From contig JBGQEL010000010.1 in assembly GCA_041496385.1 (NCBI GenBank), forward strand, positions 19,245 to 83,244: a DNA stretch of 64,000 nucleotides, written 5' to 3'. Below are positions 33,022 through 41,992 of the stretch, in pieces. Both the position numbers and the translations under genes were made by a program. The notes below the pieces were generated by a model. It had not been told where the DNA came from and made no database searches. It saw only the letters and a list, made by a program, of their open reading frames with translations. This DNA comes from Candidatus Methylomirabilia bacterium. GTDB taxonomy: Bacteria > Methylomirabilota > Methylomirabilia > Rokubacteriales > CSP1-6. Within the stretch, counting starts at the first letter, position 1. Each line of letters starts with the position of its first letter.

Positions 33022-34251
33022 CTATTCTCGAACGCCGAGCCAGTGCGTCTTCGAGTCCGACTTGCCCGACTGCGCGGCACCGTAGCACATGTCGGTCGCC
33101 TTGTTGACGTCCTCCAGCGTGACCTCGCGCCCGCCGAGGCCGCAGATGAACGAGAGGAGCGGCGGGCGCCGCGCGGCGTTGTACATGGCCGCGCGGATCT
33201 CGTTGGCGACCACGCCCGAGGCGAACGGCGAGCCGAACGAGTAGTTCCGGTCGATGACACCGATCGCCTGCGCCTTGGACAGGGCCGCCACCAGCCGGTC
33301 GGTCGGGAACGGCCGGAACCAGCGGAGCCGCACGAGGCCGACCTTCTTGCCCTTGGCGCGCATCTCGCGGATCGCGACCTTGATGGGGAGCGAGATGGTC
33401 CCCATCCCGACGAGGATCACCTCCGCGTCGTCCGTCATGTACTCCTCGAACCAGGGGTTCTCGGGCCCGCGGCCGAACACGCGCCGGAAATCGGCGTACG
33501 CTTCCTCGATGACCGTGTAGGCACGCTTCATCGCCTCGTCGTTCTGGCGGCGGATCTCGATGACCCAGTCCTCGTTCGCCTGCGGCGCGACGGTGATCGG
33601 GTTGTCCGGATGGAGCAGCAGATCGCCCCGGTTGTATCGCGGCAGGAAGGCGTCCACCTTCGCCTTGGGCGGCACCATCGTGAGCGCCTGCGAGTGCGTC
33701 AGGAACGCGCCGTCGGCCGAGATCGCGATTGGCAGGAAGATCCGCCGATCCTCGGCCACGCGGTAGGCGATCAGCGTCGTGTCGAGCGCCTCCTGCGAGG
33801 TATCGATCCAGCAGAGGAGCCAGCCGAGGTCGCGGACGACCAGCGCGTCGTTGTGCTCGACGCCGAACGCCCCGGGATCGTCGAGCGCGCGGTTGCCGAC
33901 GAGCGCGACCATCGGCACCCGCAGCGGCGGCGTCACGACCAGGCACTCCATCGCGTACATCCAGCCCACGCCCGACGAGCCGCAGAAGACGCGGGCGCCC
34001 ACCGTCGAGGCGTGCTTGACGATCTCGAACTGGCTGTGCTCGCCCTCCGCCACGATGTACTCGGCGACCAGATTGCCGTTGGCGATCTTCTTCGCGATCG
34101 CCTGCATCACCGTGTCGTACGGCCGGATCGGGTACGCCGTCACCACGTCGATGTCGGCCAGGGTCAGGGCCTCGGCCACGGCCTCGCTGCCCGAGATCAG
34201 GAGCTCTTTGTCTTCGCTCGCGGCCGGCGCCGCCTTCGTCACCACCGCCAT
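33022..34251 (-). CDS. 2-oxoacid:ferredoxin oxidoreductase alpha subunit, oxalate oxidoreductase-like
   Basis: YPIRPY (Arg instead of PFOR Thr), EGEH, GSSGVG, FRPFP, GLGG. Confidence 0.9.
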   Translation of the reverse strand: MAVVTKAAPAASEDKELLISGSEAVAEALTLADIDVVTAYPIRPYDTVMQAIAKKIANGNLVAEYIVAEGEHSQFEIVKHASTVGARVFCGSSGVGWMYAMECLVVTPPLRVPMVALVGNRALDDPGAFGVEHNDALVVRDLGWLLCWIDTSQEALDTTLIAYRVAEDRRIFLPIAISADGAFLTHSQALTMVPPKAKVDAFLPRYNRGDLLLHPDNPITVAPQANEDWVIEIRRQNDEAMKRAYTVIEEAYADFRRVFGRGPENPWFEEYMTDDAEVILVGMGTISLPIKVAIREMRAKGKKVGLVRLRWFRPFPTDRLVAALSKAQAIGVIDRNYSFGSPFASGVVANEIRAAMYNAARRPPLLSFICGLGGREVTLEDVNKATDMCYGAAQSGKSDSKTHWLGVRE

Positions 34252-34266
34252 CGTCGTCCTCCAGCC

Positions 34267-35475
34267 CTACGAGGTCTTGTGCTGCGCGTTCTCGCCCGGG
34301 ATGCCCGCCGTGATCTCGACACCGCCCGTGTCCAGCTCCGTCTTCAGCTCTTCCTCGTACTGGCCGCGGAACCGGAAGCCGTGCGAGCGGACCGTCGCCT
34401 GCTTGTCGTCGATCTTTCCGGTCATCCAGGTCCGGTACGCGTCCTTGTCCTTCCGCCACATCTCCCACTGGCTGGCGTTGTCGTCGAACACCGACTCGTT
34501 CACCATCGTGATGCACTTCTCGACGGGACAGACCGCCTCGCAGACGCCGCAGCCGCAGCACGAGTCCATGTTGGCGTCATAGGTGCCGTCGGGCATCACG
34601 TCGAAGCAGGAGTCGGGGCACTGGATCCAGCAGAGCGTGCACTTGACGCAGGTGTCGAAGTTGATCACCGGGCGCATCGTGCGCGTCGTGTACTTCTTGA
34701 AGTACGGGTTGCGCTCCGGGACGTAGCCCTTCCCCGCCTCCTTCGGCTTGCCGAGCGGGATCGCCGGGATCGTCACACCCTCACGCATCTCCCACCACTT
34801 GGGCATCTCGAACGAGAACGGCACCTCGTCGTTGCCCTCGGTGAGCTTCACCTCGCGGGTCTCGATCCGGTCGTAGGCCTTCTTCGCGGACTCGACCTTG
34901 ATGTCGGAGCCCCACTCCATCTCGCGGATCGCCTGACTGACCCCGTCGAGGCTCAGGAACGACGGGGCGATCCTGGCGAGCGCGCCCAGGATGCGCACCT
35001 CGGTGTGGTCCTCCTTGTAGACCCAGAGGCCCGAGAACGAGGCCTTGGCGCGGATCAGCGAGAGCTTGTACGGAGCATCCTTCTTGTGGATGTCCTCGAG
35101 CAGGTCGTCGAACCTCTGCAGCGAGGTCATCAGCACCGTGCCGTTCGGCACGGTGAGCCGGTTGATCGGCTGGAGCCCGTACCAGGCCCACGACTCGACG
35201 CCCTTGGAGAGCGTGTCGTCCACGCAGATCGTGACGTCCACGTGCTTGGGCTCGTAGCGGGCCATGTTCTGCTCGAGCTCTTCCTTGCTGTCCGCGACGA
35301 TCGCGAAGTCCTTCGCCGGGATGCCGTTGCGCTGCGGGCTGTCGCCGTAGCGGCCGAACGCGATGCCCCAGCGGCCGGACTTGCGCGCCGACAGCACGAT
35401 GCCGCGCGCGATGCGGGCGGCGAGGTTCTTCTGGAAGATGCCGCGATAGACGATCTCGCAGATCAGGGCTGCCAT
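34267..35475 (-). CDS. OFOR gamma-delta fusion subunit (OorD-like), 2x[4Fe-4S]
   Basis: YGDSPQR; CVKCTLCWIQCPD and CCGCGVCEAVCP. Confidence 0.88.
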   Translation of the reverse strand: MAALICEIVYRGIFQKNLAARIARGIVLSARKSGRWGIAFGRYGDSPQRNGIPAKDFAIVADSKEELEQNMARYEPKHVDVTICVDDTLSKGVESWAWYGLQPINRLTVPNGTVLMTSLQRFDDLLEDIHKKDAPYKLSLIRAKASFSGLWVYKEDHTEVRILGALARIAPSFLSLDGVSQAIREMEWGSDIKVESAKKAYDRIETREVKLTEGNDEVPFSFEMPKWWEMREGVTIPAIPLGKPKEAGKGYVPERNPYFKKYTTRTMRPVINFDTCVKCTLCWIQCPDSCFDVMPDGTYDANMDSCCGCGVCEAVCPVEKCITMVNESVFDDNASQWEMWRKDKDAYRTWMTGKIDDKQATVRSHGFRFRGQYEEELKTELDTGGVEITAGIPGENAQHKTS

Positions 35476-35518
35476 GCGCGTCTCCTCACCGGGGCGCCGG
35501 CCCCCGGGACTTGGCTAC

Positions 35519-35569
35519 TGGTCGAATGGTCTGACCGGAGAATACCCCGGGCGGGGACTGAGCTGTCAA
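35519..35569 (-). promoter_or_regulatory. Promoter and FadR-type operator of the oor-like/tct operon
   Basis: TTGACA-N19-TATTCT; TGGT-CTG-ACC at 35527-35536 just downstream of -10, plus extra TGGTC half-site. Confidence 0.65.
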
Positions 35570-36357
35570 GGGGCCCTCGACAGGAACCCCTCGAGAGCCC
35601 GCGTAAAGGCCTCAGGCTGCTCGATATTCGACAGATGTGACGCGGACTTGATTATCGTCAGCTCAGATCCGGCGATATGCTCGTGGATCACCCGAGCGGC
35701 CGCGACCGGCGTCCCCAGATCATCCTCGCCGACGATGACGAGCGTCGGGATCTTGATGACGCCGAGCCGATCCGTGAGGTCGAGCTTCGAGATCGCGTGA
35801 CAGCAGCCGGCGTAGCCCGCGGGGTTCGTTCCTCGGATCATCGCGGCCACGCGCTGGACGACCTCCGGACGCTTCTCCCTGAAGGGCGGCGTGAACCAGC
35901 GGCCCAGCGTGGGCTCGACGAGCGGCTCCATGCCCTGGGTCTCCGCGGTGCGGATCCGGTCATCCCACGCCGCGCGCATCTCGGGAGGCACGCGGCTGGA
36001 CGTGTCGCAGAGGGCGAGGCTTGCGAAGAGGCCGGGCGCCTTGAGCGCGAGGGTCTGGCCGATCATGCCGCCCATCGAGAGCCCGACCCAGTGCGTCTTC
36101 GCGATCCCGAGCGCCCCGAGGAGCGCGCGGGCGTCCTCCGCGAGCTGGTCGAGCGTGTACGCCCCCCGGGGCGCGTCGGTCGCGCCGTGGCCCCGCGTCT
36201 CGTACTGGAGCACCCGGTACCGCCTCGCCAGCGCCGTGAGCTGCGGCTCCCACATGGCGAGCGTGGTCGCAAGCGAATGACTCAGCGTGACCACCGGGGC
36301 CCCGGCGGGGCCCTCGAGCGAGTAGTTGACGGAGATCCCGTTGACCGTGACCTTCAT
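35566..36357 (-). CDS. Alpha/beta hydrolase, 3-oxoadipate enol-lactonase-like
   Basis: SHSL, RGHG, GLSMGG, GEDD, HLSNIEQP. Confidence 0.85.
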   Translation of the reverse strand: MKVTVNGISVNYSLEGPAGAPVVTLSHSLATTLAMWEPQLTALARRYRVLQYETRGHGATDAPRGAYTLDQLAEDARALLGALGIAKTHWVGLSMGGMIGQTLALKAPGLFASLALCDTSSRVPPEMRAAWDDRIRTAETQGMEPLVEPTLGRWFTPPFREKRPEVVQRVAAMIRGTNPAGYAGCCHAISKLDLTDRLGVIKIPTLVIVGEDDLGTPVAAARVIHEHIAGSELTIIKSASHLSNIEQPEAFTRALEGFLSRAP

Positions 36358-36989
36358 GACGCTCCTCCTTGGGTCCGGTGCGCGTCGATCGTCCACTGGA
36401 CCGCGTCGGCCGCCCGGTGGTCGTTCGGCCGCGCGCGGCGGCGCAGCTCGTCCACGATCTTCGCGCGCGCGTCCGGCGTGCGGTTCTGCGCGAGCTTGAA
36501 TTTCGGACGACGGGCCCGGATGTCGAGCCGGACCGCCGCGATGTGGGCGATCGCGCCCCGATAGAGCGGGTCGTCCGGGGTCACCGGCCGGAAGCCCCCC
36601 TCCGGCTGGTACCGGCCGAGCAGCTTCGTCTGCTGCGCGGCCAGCGCCCCCGCGTCGTCGGACACCGTGGCCTGGCAGTCGAAGATGACCGTCCGGTGAT
36701 ACGCCGTCGCCATGACCGCGTTCTCCGGATGCACCCAGTACGAGGGGATAACCGCGAGCACTTCGTCGACCTCGAAGAGGCAGCGCGGCCGCGCCCGGAG
36801 GTCTTCGATCTGCTCGTCCTTGCGGACCAGGTGAATCTCGAATGCGTCACCGTCGTACACGAAGGGGTAGAGCCCGATGTGGGGCGTCCCCCCGGCGTCG
36901 GCGGTGACGAGACGCCCCATCTCCTGGGAGCGGACGAACCGGTCCACCTCGTCCCGCGGCACGTCCGCGTAGTAGTCGTGGAAGATCAC
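36354..36989 (-). CDS. FMN-binding split-barrel protein (PaiB-like)
   Basis: GRLVT, IPSYW, KFKLAQNR. Confidence 0.78.
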   Translation of the reverse strand: MIFHDYYADVPRDEVDRFVRSQEMGRLVTADAGGTPHIGLYPFVYDGDAFEIHLVRKDEQIEDLRARPRCLFEVDEVLAVIPSYWVHPENAVMATAYHRTVIFDCQATVSDDAGALAAQQTKLLGRYQPEGGFRPVTPDDPLYRGAIAHIAAVRLDIRARRPKFKLAQNRTPDARAKIVDELRRRARPNDHRAADAVQWTIDAHRTQGGAS

Positions 36990-37591
36990 GCGCGCGCTCC
37001 TTTGGCCGCTCGCCGGACCATGTCGCGAAAGTAGCGGTGCACGGCCTGCTCGCCCGTCACCTCCGGGTGGAAGGTCGCCACGAGCACCCCGCCCTGCCGG
37101 GCCATGACGGGATCGTCGCCCTGACGCGCGAGCACGTCGACGCCCGCGCCGACCCGCCGGATGCGCGGGGCGCGGATGAACATCATGTCGATGGGTGTCG
37201 GCCGCCCGTCGAGCATCGCCGTCCCCCGGCTCTCGAACGACTCCCGCTGGCGCCCGTAGGCGTTTCGCTCGACGGTGACGTCGATCAGGCCGAGAGAGAA
37301 CTGCCGGGGGTTCTCGACCTCCCGCGCGAGCACGATGAGACCCGCGCAGGTGCCGAAGATGGGTCTGCCCTCGGCGTGGAACTTCTCGATCGCGGGGACG
37401 AATCCCCACTCGTCCATGAGCTTGAGCAGCGTCGTCGACTCGCCACCCGGAATGAGCAGGCCGTCCACGTCGGCCAGCTCGGCCGGCTTGCGGACCTCGA
37501 CCGCCGCGACGCCGCACGTCGCGAGCGCCGCGGCGTGGAGGCCGAAATCGCCCTGAAGGGCGAGCACGCCGATTTTCACGTTTTCGGTCAT
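36986..37591 (-). CDS. pdxT: PLP synthase glutaminase subunit
   Basis: GVLALQGDF, PGGEST, GTCAGLI, RNAYGRQ, FHPE. Confidence 0.96.
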   Translation of the reverse strand: MTENVKIGVLALQGDFGLHAAALATCGVAAVEVRKPAELADVDGLLIPGGESTTLLKLMDEWGFVPAIEKFHAEGRPIFGTCAGLIVLAREVENPRQFSLGLIDVTVERNAYGRQRESFESRGTAMLDGRPTPIDMMFIRAPRIRRVGAGVDVLARQGDDPVMARQGGVLVATFHPEVTGEQAVHRYFRDMVRRAAKGARA

Positions 37592-37647
37592 TTCACCGCT
37601 CACCTCGGACGGCGGGGCCGCAGCCCCGCGACGTCCTGCGGCTCGCA

Positions 37648-38544
37648 CTACCAGCCCCGGGTCTGGAGCAGGTCCTTCTCCTCGAGCTTCGAGGTCTCGA
37701 TCCCGGGCATCGCCTCGCCCAGCTCCTCCGAGACGCGCGCGAGGACGTCGGCATCCTTGAAGTGGGTCGTCGCCTGGACGATCGCCTTGGCGCGCTTGGC
37801 CGGATCGCTCGACTTGAAGATGCCCGAACCGACGAACACCGACTCGGCGCCGAGCTGCATCATGAGCGCGGCGTCGGCCGGCGTCGCGATGCCACCCGCC
37901 GAGAAGTTCGGTACCGGGAGCTTGCCGGTCTTCGCCACCCAGCGCACGAGCTCGTAGGGCGCGCCGAGGGTCTTCGCCTCGGTCATGAGCTCCTCGGGCG
38001 AGAGCAGCGTCAGCCGCCGCATCCCGGACACGAGCGCCCGCATGTGGCGCACGGCCTCGACGATGTTGCCCGAGCCGGCCTCGCCCTTCGTGCGGATCAT
38101 CGCCGCGCCCTCGCCCACACGGCGGAGCGCCTCGCCGAGGTCGCGCGCGCCGCACACGAACGGCACCCGGAAGGCGAACTTGTCGATGTGAAAATGCTCA
38201 TCCGCGGGCGTCAGCACCTCCGACTCGTCGATGAAGTCCACGCCGAGGGCCTCGAGGATCTGCGCCTCGACGAAGTGGCCGATGCGCGCCTTGGCCATCA
38301 CGGGGATCGTCACCGTCTTCTGGATCTCCCGGATCTTCCTCACCGGCGACATCCGCGCGACGCCGCCCTCCTTGCGGATGTCCGCGGGCACACGCTCGAG
38401 CGCCATCACGGACACCGCGCCCGCGTCCTCGGCGATCTTCGCCTGCTCGGCGTTGGTGACGTCCATGATGACGCCGCCCTTCAGCATCTCCGCGAGGCCG
38501 ATGTGCTTCTTGTCCGCGATGCGCAGCCCGTTCACGTCCATCAT
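37648..38544 (-). CDS. pdxS: PLP synthase lyase subunit
   Basis: [35 protein letters not shown]. Confidence 0.98.
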   Translation of the reverse strand: MMDVNGLRIADKKHIGLAEMLKGGVIMDVTNAEQAKIAEDAGAVSVMALERVPADIRKEGGVARMSPVRKIREIQKTVTIPVMAKARIGHFVEAQILEALGVDFIDESEVLTPADEHFHIDKFAFRVPFVCGARDLGEALRRVGEGAAMIRTKGEAGSGNIVEAVRHMRALVSGMRRLTLLSPEELMTEAKTLGAPYELVRWVAKTGKLPVPNFSAGGIATPADAALMMQLGAESVFVGSGIFKSSDPAKRAKAIVQATTHFKDADVLARVSEELGEAMPGIETSKLEEKDLLQTRGW

Positions 38545-38588
38545 GTGGATCTCCTTTGTCTTGGCCGGTCGGCCAGTCGATTCCTACC

Positions 38589-40118
38589 CTAGACCAGCGG
38601 AACCGTCGCGCGTGCCGCCCGCTCGCGCTCCGGGACCCGTCCGCGCGCCGCCCGGATCGTCTCCGCCAAACGCTTGACCCCCTCGTCGATCCGCGCCGCC
38701 GCCACCGACGAGAACGAGAGCCGCAGGGTCCTCTCGCCGCCCCCGTCCACGAAGAACGCGGCGCCCGGCGTGAACGCGACGCCGCGCTCGCCCGCGGCGG
38801 GCAGCAGCGCGCCGGCGTCGAGCCCGGGCGGCAGCGTCACGAGGAGCGAGAACCCGCCCTGCGGCTCGGTCCACGTGACCTCGGCCGGCATCCGTCGACG
38901 GAGCGCCGCCAGCAGGAGCGCGCGTCGCCGCGCGTACTCGCGGGCGACCCGCGTCACGTGACGGTCCAGGAGCTTGCGCTCGCAGAACCGGTAGACCGCG
39001 GCCTGGAGCAGCGCGCTCGTGTGCAGGTCGGCGAGCTGCTTGGCCGCGAGGAGCCGGTCGAGGACCGGCCGCGGGCCGACGAGCCAGCCGAGCCGCAGCC
39101 CGGGAAAGAGGATCTTCGAGAACGTCCCGATGTAGATCACGACCCCGTCCCGGTCGAGCGCCTTGAGCGGGACCGCCGGCCGCTCGCCGTAGTAGAGGCT
39201 GCCGTCGAAGCCGTCTTCGACCACCGGCACCTGATGGCGCGCGGCGACGTCCAGGAGGCGCCGCGCCGTCTCGAGCGTGAGGGAGAGTCCGGTCGGGTTG
39301 TGCGCGCTGGGCTGGCAGTAGAAGAGCTTCGGCGCGTGACGCTCGAGGAGCCGCTCGAAGGCGTCCACCCGCGGGCCCGACGTGTCCCAGGGCACCGCCA
39401 GCAGCTGGGCGCCGAAGGAACGGAAGACCTGCAGCGCGCGGGGGTAGGTCGGATCCTCGATCGCGACGGCATCTCCCGGGTCGAGCAGCGTGCGGGCGAT
39501 CAGGTCGAAGCCCTGCTGGGAGCCGTTGACGATGATGATGTCGTCGGGCCGCGCCTCGAGCCCGAATCTCAGGAGATAGGTCGAGAGATACTGCCGGAGC
39601 GGCGGATAACCGCCGGCGGGGTAGTACTGCAGGAGCGCGGCGCCGTCCTCGCGGATCACGTCGTTCAGCACGCGGCGGAAGGCGTCGGTCGGGAAGAGCC
39701 CGCTGTCGGGCATGCCACCCGCGAACGAGATGACCGCGGGATTGGCTGCCGCCGTGCTCGCGAGGGCCCGCGTCCGGTCCTCCTCGGCGACCACGATCTG
39801 CGCGCTCCGCGAGAACAGGCCCGGCCAGTTGAGCGGCACCTGGGACGGGACCTGAGCCTCGGGCGCCGCCTGGGTCCCGGGCGACTCGGCGACGAAGGTC
39901 CCCTGGCCCACGTGGGCCCGGGCCCAGCCCGCGGCCACGAGCTCCTCGTAGGCCTGCGCGACGGTGGCGCGGTTGACGCCGAGCTGCTGCGCGAGGTCGC
40001 GCGTGGCCGGCAGCTTCATCCCGGGCGTCAGGAGCCGCTCGCGGATGAGGCGCTCCAGGTACGCCTGGATCTGGCGCGGCAGCGCGACGGGCTTCTCGCG
40101 GTCGAGCGGGATGTGCAC
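38589..40118 (-). CDS. MocR/PdxR-family PLP-dependent regulator
   Basis: wHTH LPATRDLA..LGVNRATV plus aminotransferase domain (NGSQQG, HNPTG, TFSKILFPGLRLG); upstream of pdxST. Confidence 0.9.
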   Translation of the reverse strand: MHIPLDREKPVALPRQIQAYLERLIRERLLTPGMKLPATRDLAQQLGVNRATVAQAYEELVAAGWARAHVGQGTFVAESPGTQAAPEAQVPSQVPLNWPGLFSRSAQIVVAEEDRTRALASTAAANPAVISFAGGMPDSGLFPTDAFRRVLNDVIREDGAALLQYYPAGGYPPLRQYLSTYLLRFGLEARPDDIIIVNGSQQGFDLIARTLLDPGDAVAIEDPTYPRALQVFRSFGAQLLAVPWDTSGPRVDAFERLLERHAPKLFYCQPSAHNPTGLSLTLETARRLLDVAARHQVPVVEDGFDGSLYYGERPAVPLKALDRDGVVIYIGTFSKILFPGLRLGWLVGPRPVLDRLLAAKQLADLHTSALLQAAVYRFCERKLLDRHVTRVAREYARRRALLLAALRRRMPAEVTWTEPQGGFSLLVTLPPGLDAGALLPAAGERGVAFTPGAAFFVDGGGERTLRLSFSSVAAARIDEGVKRLAETIRAARGRVPERERAARATVPLV

Positions 40119-40230
40119 CGTGGTCTCCTTACAGGGCCATTCTCCGAGTATTCCTGGCGACGTCAAGGGCCAATTGGCCTGCTCGGTACCAGGCCACGCT
40201 ATAATCCTCCGCACCGGGAGGAGGCCCCTC

Positions 40231-40410
40231 ATGTCCCTGGGCGAGGCGCCGATCAGGCAGGCCGTGAAGTGGATCGAGGACCGGCTGCGCGACGACCCGG
40301 CGGCCGATCGCCTCAGGCTCGTCGACGAGGCGTCGCGGCAATTCGACCTGACGCCGCTCGATGAGGACTTCCTCCTCCGGCACCTGGCCGAGCGCCGCAA
40401 GGACGGATGA
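40231..40410 (+). CDS. Small hypothetical protein (59 aa)
   Basis: TATAAT, GGAGGAGG SD, MSLGEAPIRQAVKWI...; ATGA coupling to next gene. Confidence 0.8.
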   Translation: MSLGEAPIRQAVKWIEDRLRDDPAADRLRLVDEASRQFDLTPLDEDFLLRHLAERRKDG

Positions 40411-41183
40411 GCGAGGCGCAGACCCGCCGCGTCCAGGCGCAATTCGGCGCGACCCCGCAGGCCTACGTCGCGAGCGTCGGTCACGCCGGCGGCGCCGATC
40501 TCGAAACGCTGCTGGCCTGGGGACGCGCCCGCCGCCCGGCGCGGGTCCTCGACGTCGCCACCGGGGGCGGTCACACGGCCCTCGCCTTCGCCGGACTCCC
40601 GGCGCGCGTCGTCGCGTTCGACCTGACGGAGGCGATGCTCCGCGCCGCGCGCGACTTCGTCGGCGGCCGCGGCGCGACGGGCGTGAGCTTCGTCGCGGGC
40701 GACGTCGAGGCGCTCCCCCTCCGCGAGGGCGCCTTCGACCTCGTGACCTGCCGGATCGCCGCCCACCACTTCGCCGACGTCGCCGCCGCCGTCCGCCAGA
40801 TCCAGCGCGTGCTGCGCCCCGGTGGCTCCTTCCTCGTGCAGGACATCCTCGGTCACGACGATCCCGAGGCGAGCGCCTTCATCACCGAGGTCGAGCGACG
40901 CCGCGACCCCTCCCATGTCCGCGCCTACCGCGCGACGGAGTGGAAGGCCTTCCTGAAGGCCGCCGGCATGACGGTGATGGCCGAGGCGATCGTGAGCAAG
41001 GTCCGTCCGTGGGGCGACTGGACGGCCCGGATGGGGATGAGCGTCGAGGCGCGGCGTGAGCTCGAGGCCTTCGTGCGCGGCGCGCCCGAGCCCTGCCGCC
41101 GCGCCTTCGACGTGAGACTCGCGGGCGACGCGGTCGAATCGTTCGCCGACCGCATGATCCTGCTCCGCGCCGACCGCGACTAG
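40407..41183 (+). CDS. Class I SAM-dependent methyltransferase
   Basis: VLDVATGGGH, GDVEALP, FDLVTCRIAAHHF, RDPSH. Confidence 0.92.
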   Translation: MSEAQTRRVQAQFGATPQAYVASVGHAGGADLETLLAWGRARRPARVLDVATGGGHTALAFAGLPARVVAFDLTEAMLRAARDFVGGRGATGVSFVAGDVEALPLREGAFDLVTCRIAAHHFADVAAAVRQIQRVLRPGGSFLVQDILGHDDPEASAFITEVERRRDPSHVRAYRATEWKAFLKAAGMTVMAEAIVSKVRPWGDWTARMGMSVEARRELEAFVRGAPEPCRRAFDVRLAGDAVESFADRMILLRADRD

Positions 41184-41464
41184 CCCTTCAGCCTCACGAG
41201 CGTCGCGCCCCAGCCTCCCCGCTCCGGCGGGGCGTCGCCGAACGCGGCCACGAGCGGATGCCTGGCGAGAACGGATCGGACGATCTCACGCTGCACGCCG
41301 ACGCCGCGGCCGTGGACCAGGCGTACCTCCCGGAAGCCGCGCGCGTGGGCGGCCACCAGGTACTCGGCGACCAGCGACGGAACGTCCCGCGGCGCGAACG
41401 GGTGGAGGTCGAGGGCGTCCTCGATCGGGACGCGTACGGGGGCGTCGGGTGCCGCGTCGTCTAC
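41180..41464 (-). CDS. Stand-alone Smr/MutS2-domain protein (start uncertain: GTA 41464 or GTG 41536)
   Basis: LDLH, VRLVHGRG.G, GGWGAT. Confidence 0.85.
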   Translation of the reverse strand, partial: VDDAAPDAPVRVPIEDALDLHPFAPRDVPSLVAEYLVAAHARGFREVRLVHGRGVGVQREIVRSVLARHPLVAAFGDAPPERGGWGATLVRLKG

Positions 41465-41949
41465 AGCCGCGGCCCCTGCAGCACGTGCTGCTGCCAGTGA
41501 TCGAAGCTCAGGAGATCCTCCCCCGAGAGCTTGCACTGTCAGAAGGTCGCGGCCCGCTCGAAGAACGTGACGTCGACGACGCCGACGTTCTCGGCGCGCG
41601 CCGTTTCGGCGACCTTCTGCGTGACCATCTGGCGGACGAACGGGATCGGAATCCGGCCGAGCCGGTGGATGACCTCGTCGGTGCACCGGATGCGCGTCCC
41701 GGGAAGCACCGGGCCGGCCGCGACGACCGCGGCCTCCTCCCGTTCCGGGTGCTCGCACGTCTCCGGCACGAGCTGCTGCAGGCGCAGCGATACGTACTCG
41801 GTCACCCACTGCTGGATGCCGCGCTTCATCTCGTCCGGGCTGCCCCCGCCGCGCTCCGGCGTATCACCGCCGCCGGTGAGCAGGCTCTCCAGCCGGCCGA
41901 GGCGGGTCTCGAGCGCCGCCAGGCGCTGCTCCAATCCCTGATCCGTCAT
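41461..41949 (-). CDS. PCP-reductase C-terminal-like domain protein; 136 aa to TGA 41539-41541, 162 aa if TGA is Sec
   Basis: RLGRIP.PFVR..V...VAETA motif; in-frame extension U-QCKLSGEDLLSFDHWQQHVLQGPRL*. Confidence 0.7.
41495..41538 (-). promoter_or_regulatory. Candidate bSECIS hairpin
   Basis: CAGUG/CACUG, AAGC/GCUU, UC bulge, UCGGGGG/CUCCUGA, loop AGGAU; begins right after UGA. Confidence 0.65.
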
Positions 41950-41992
41950 CTCATCCTCCGAGCGGCGCGAGCCTTCGCAGCGCGCCGCGGCG

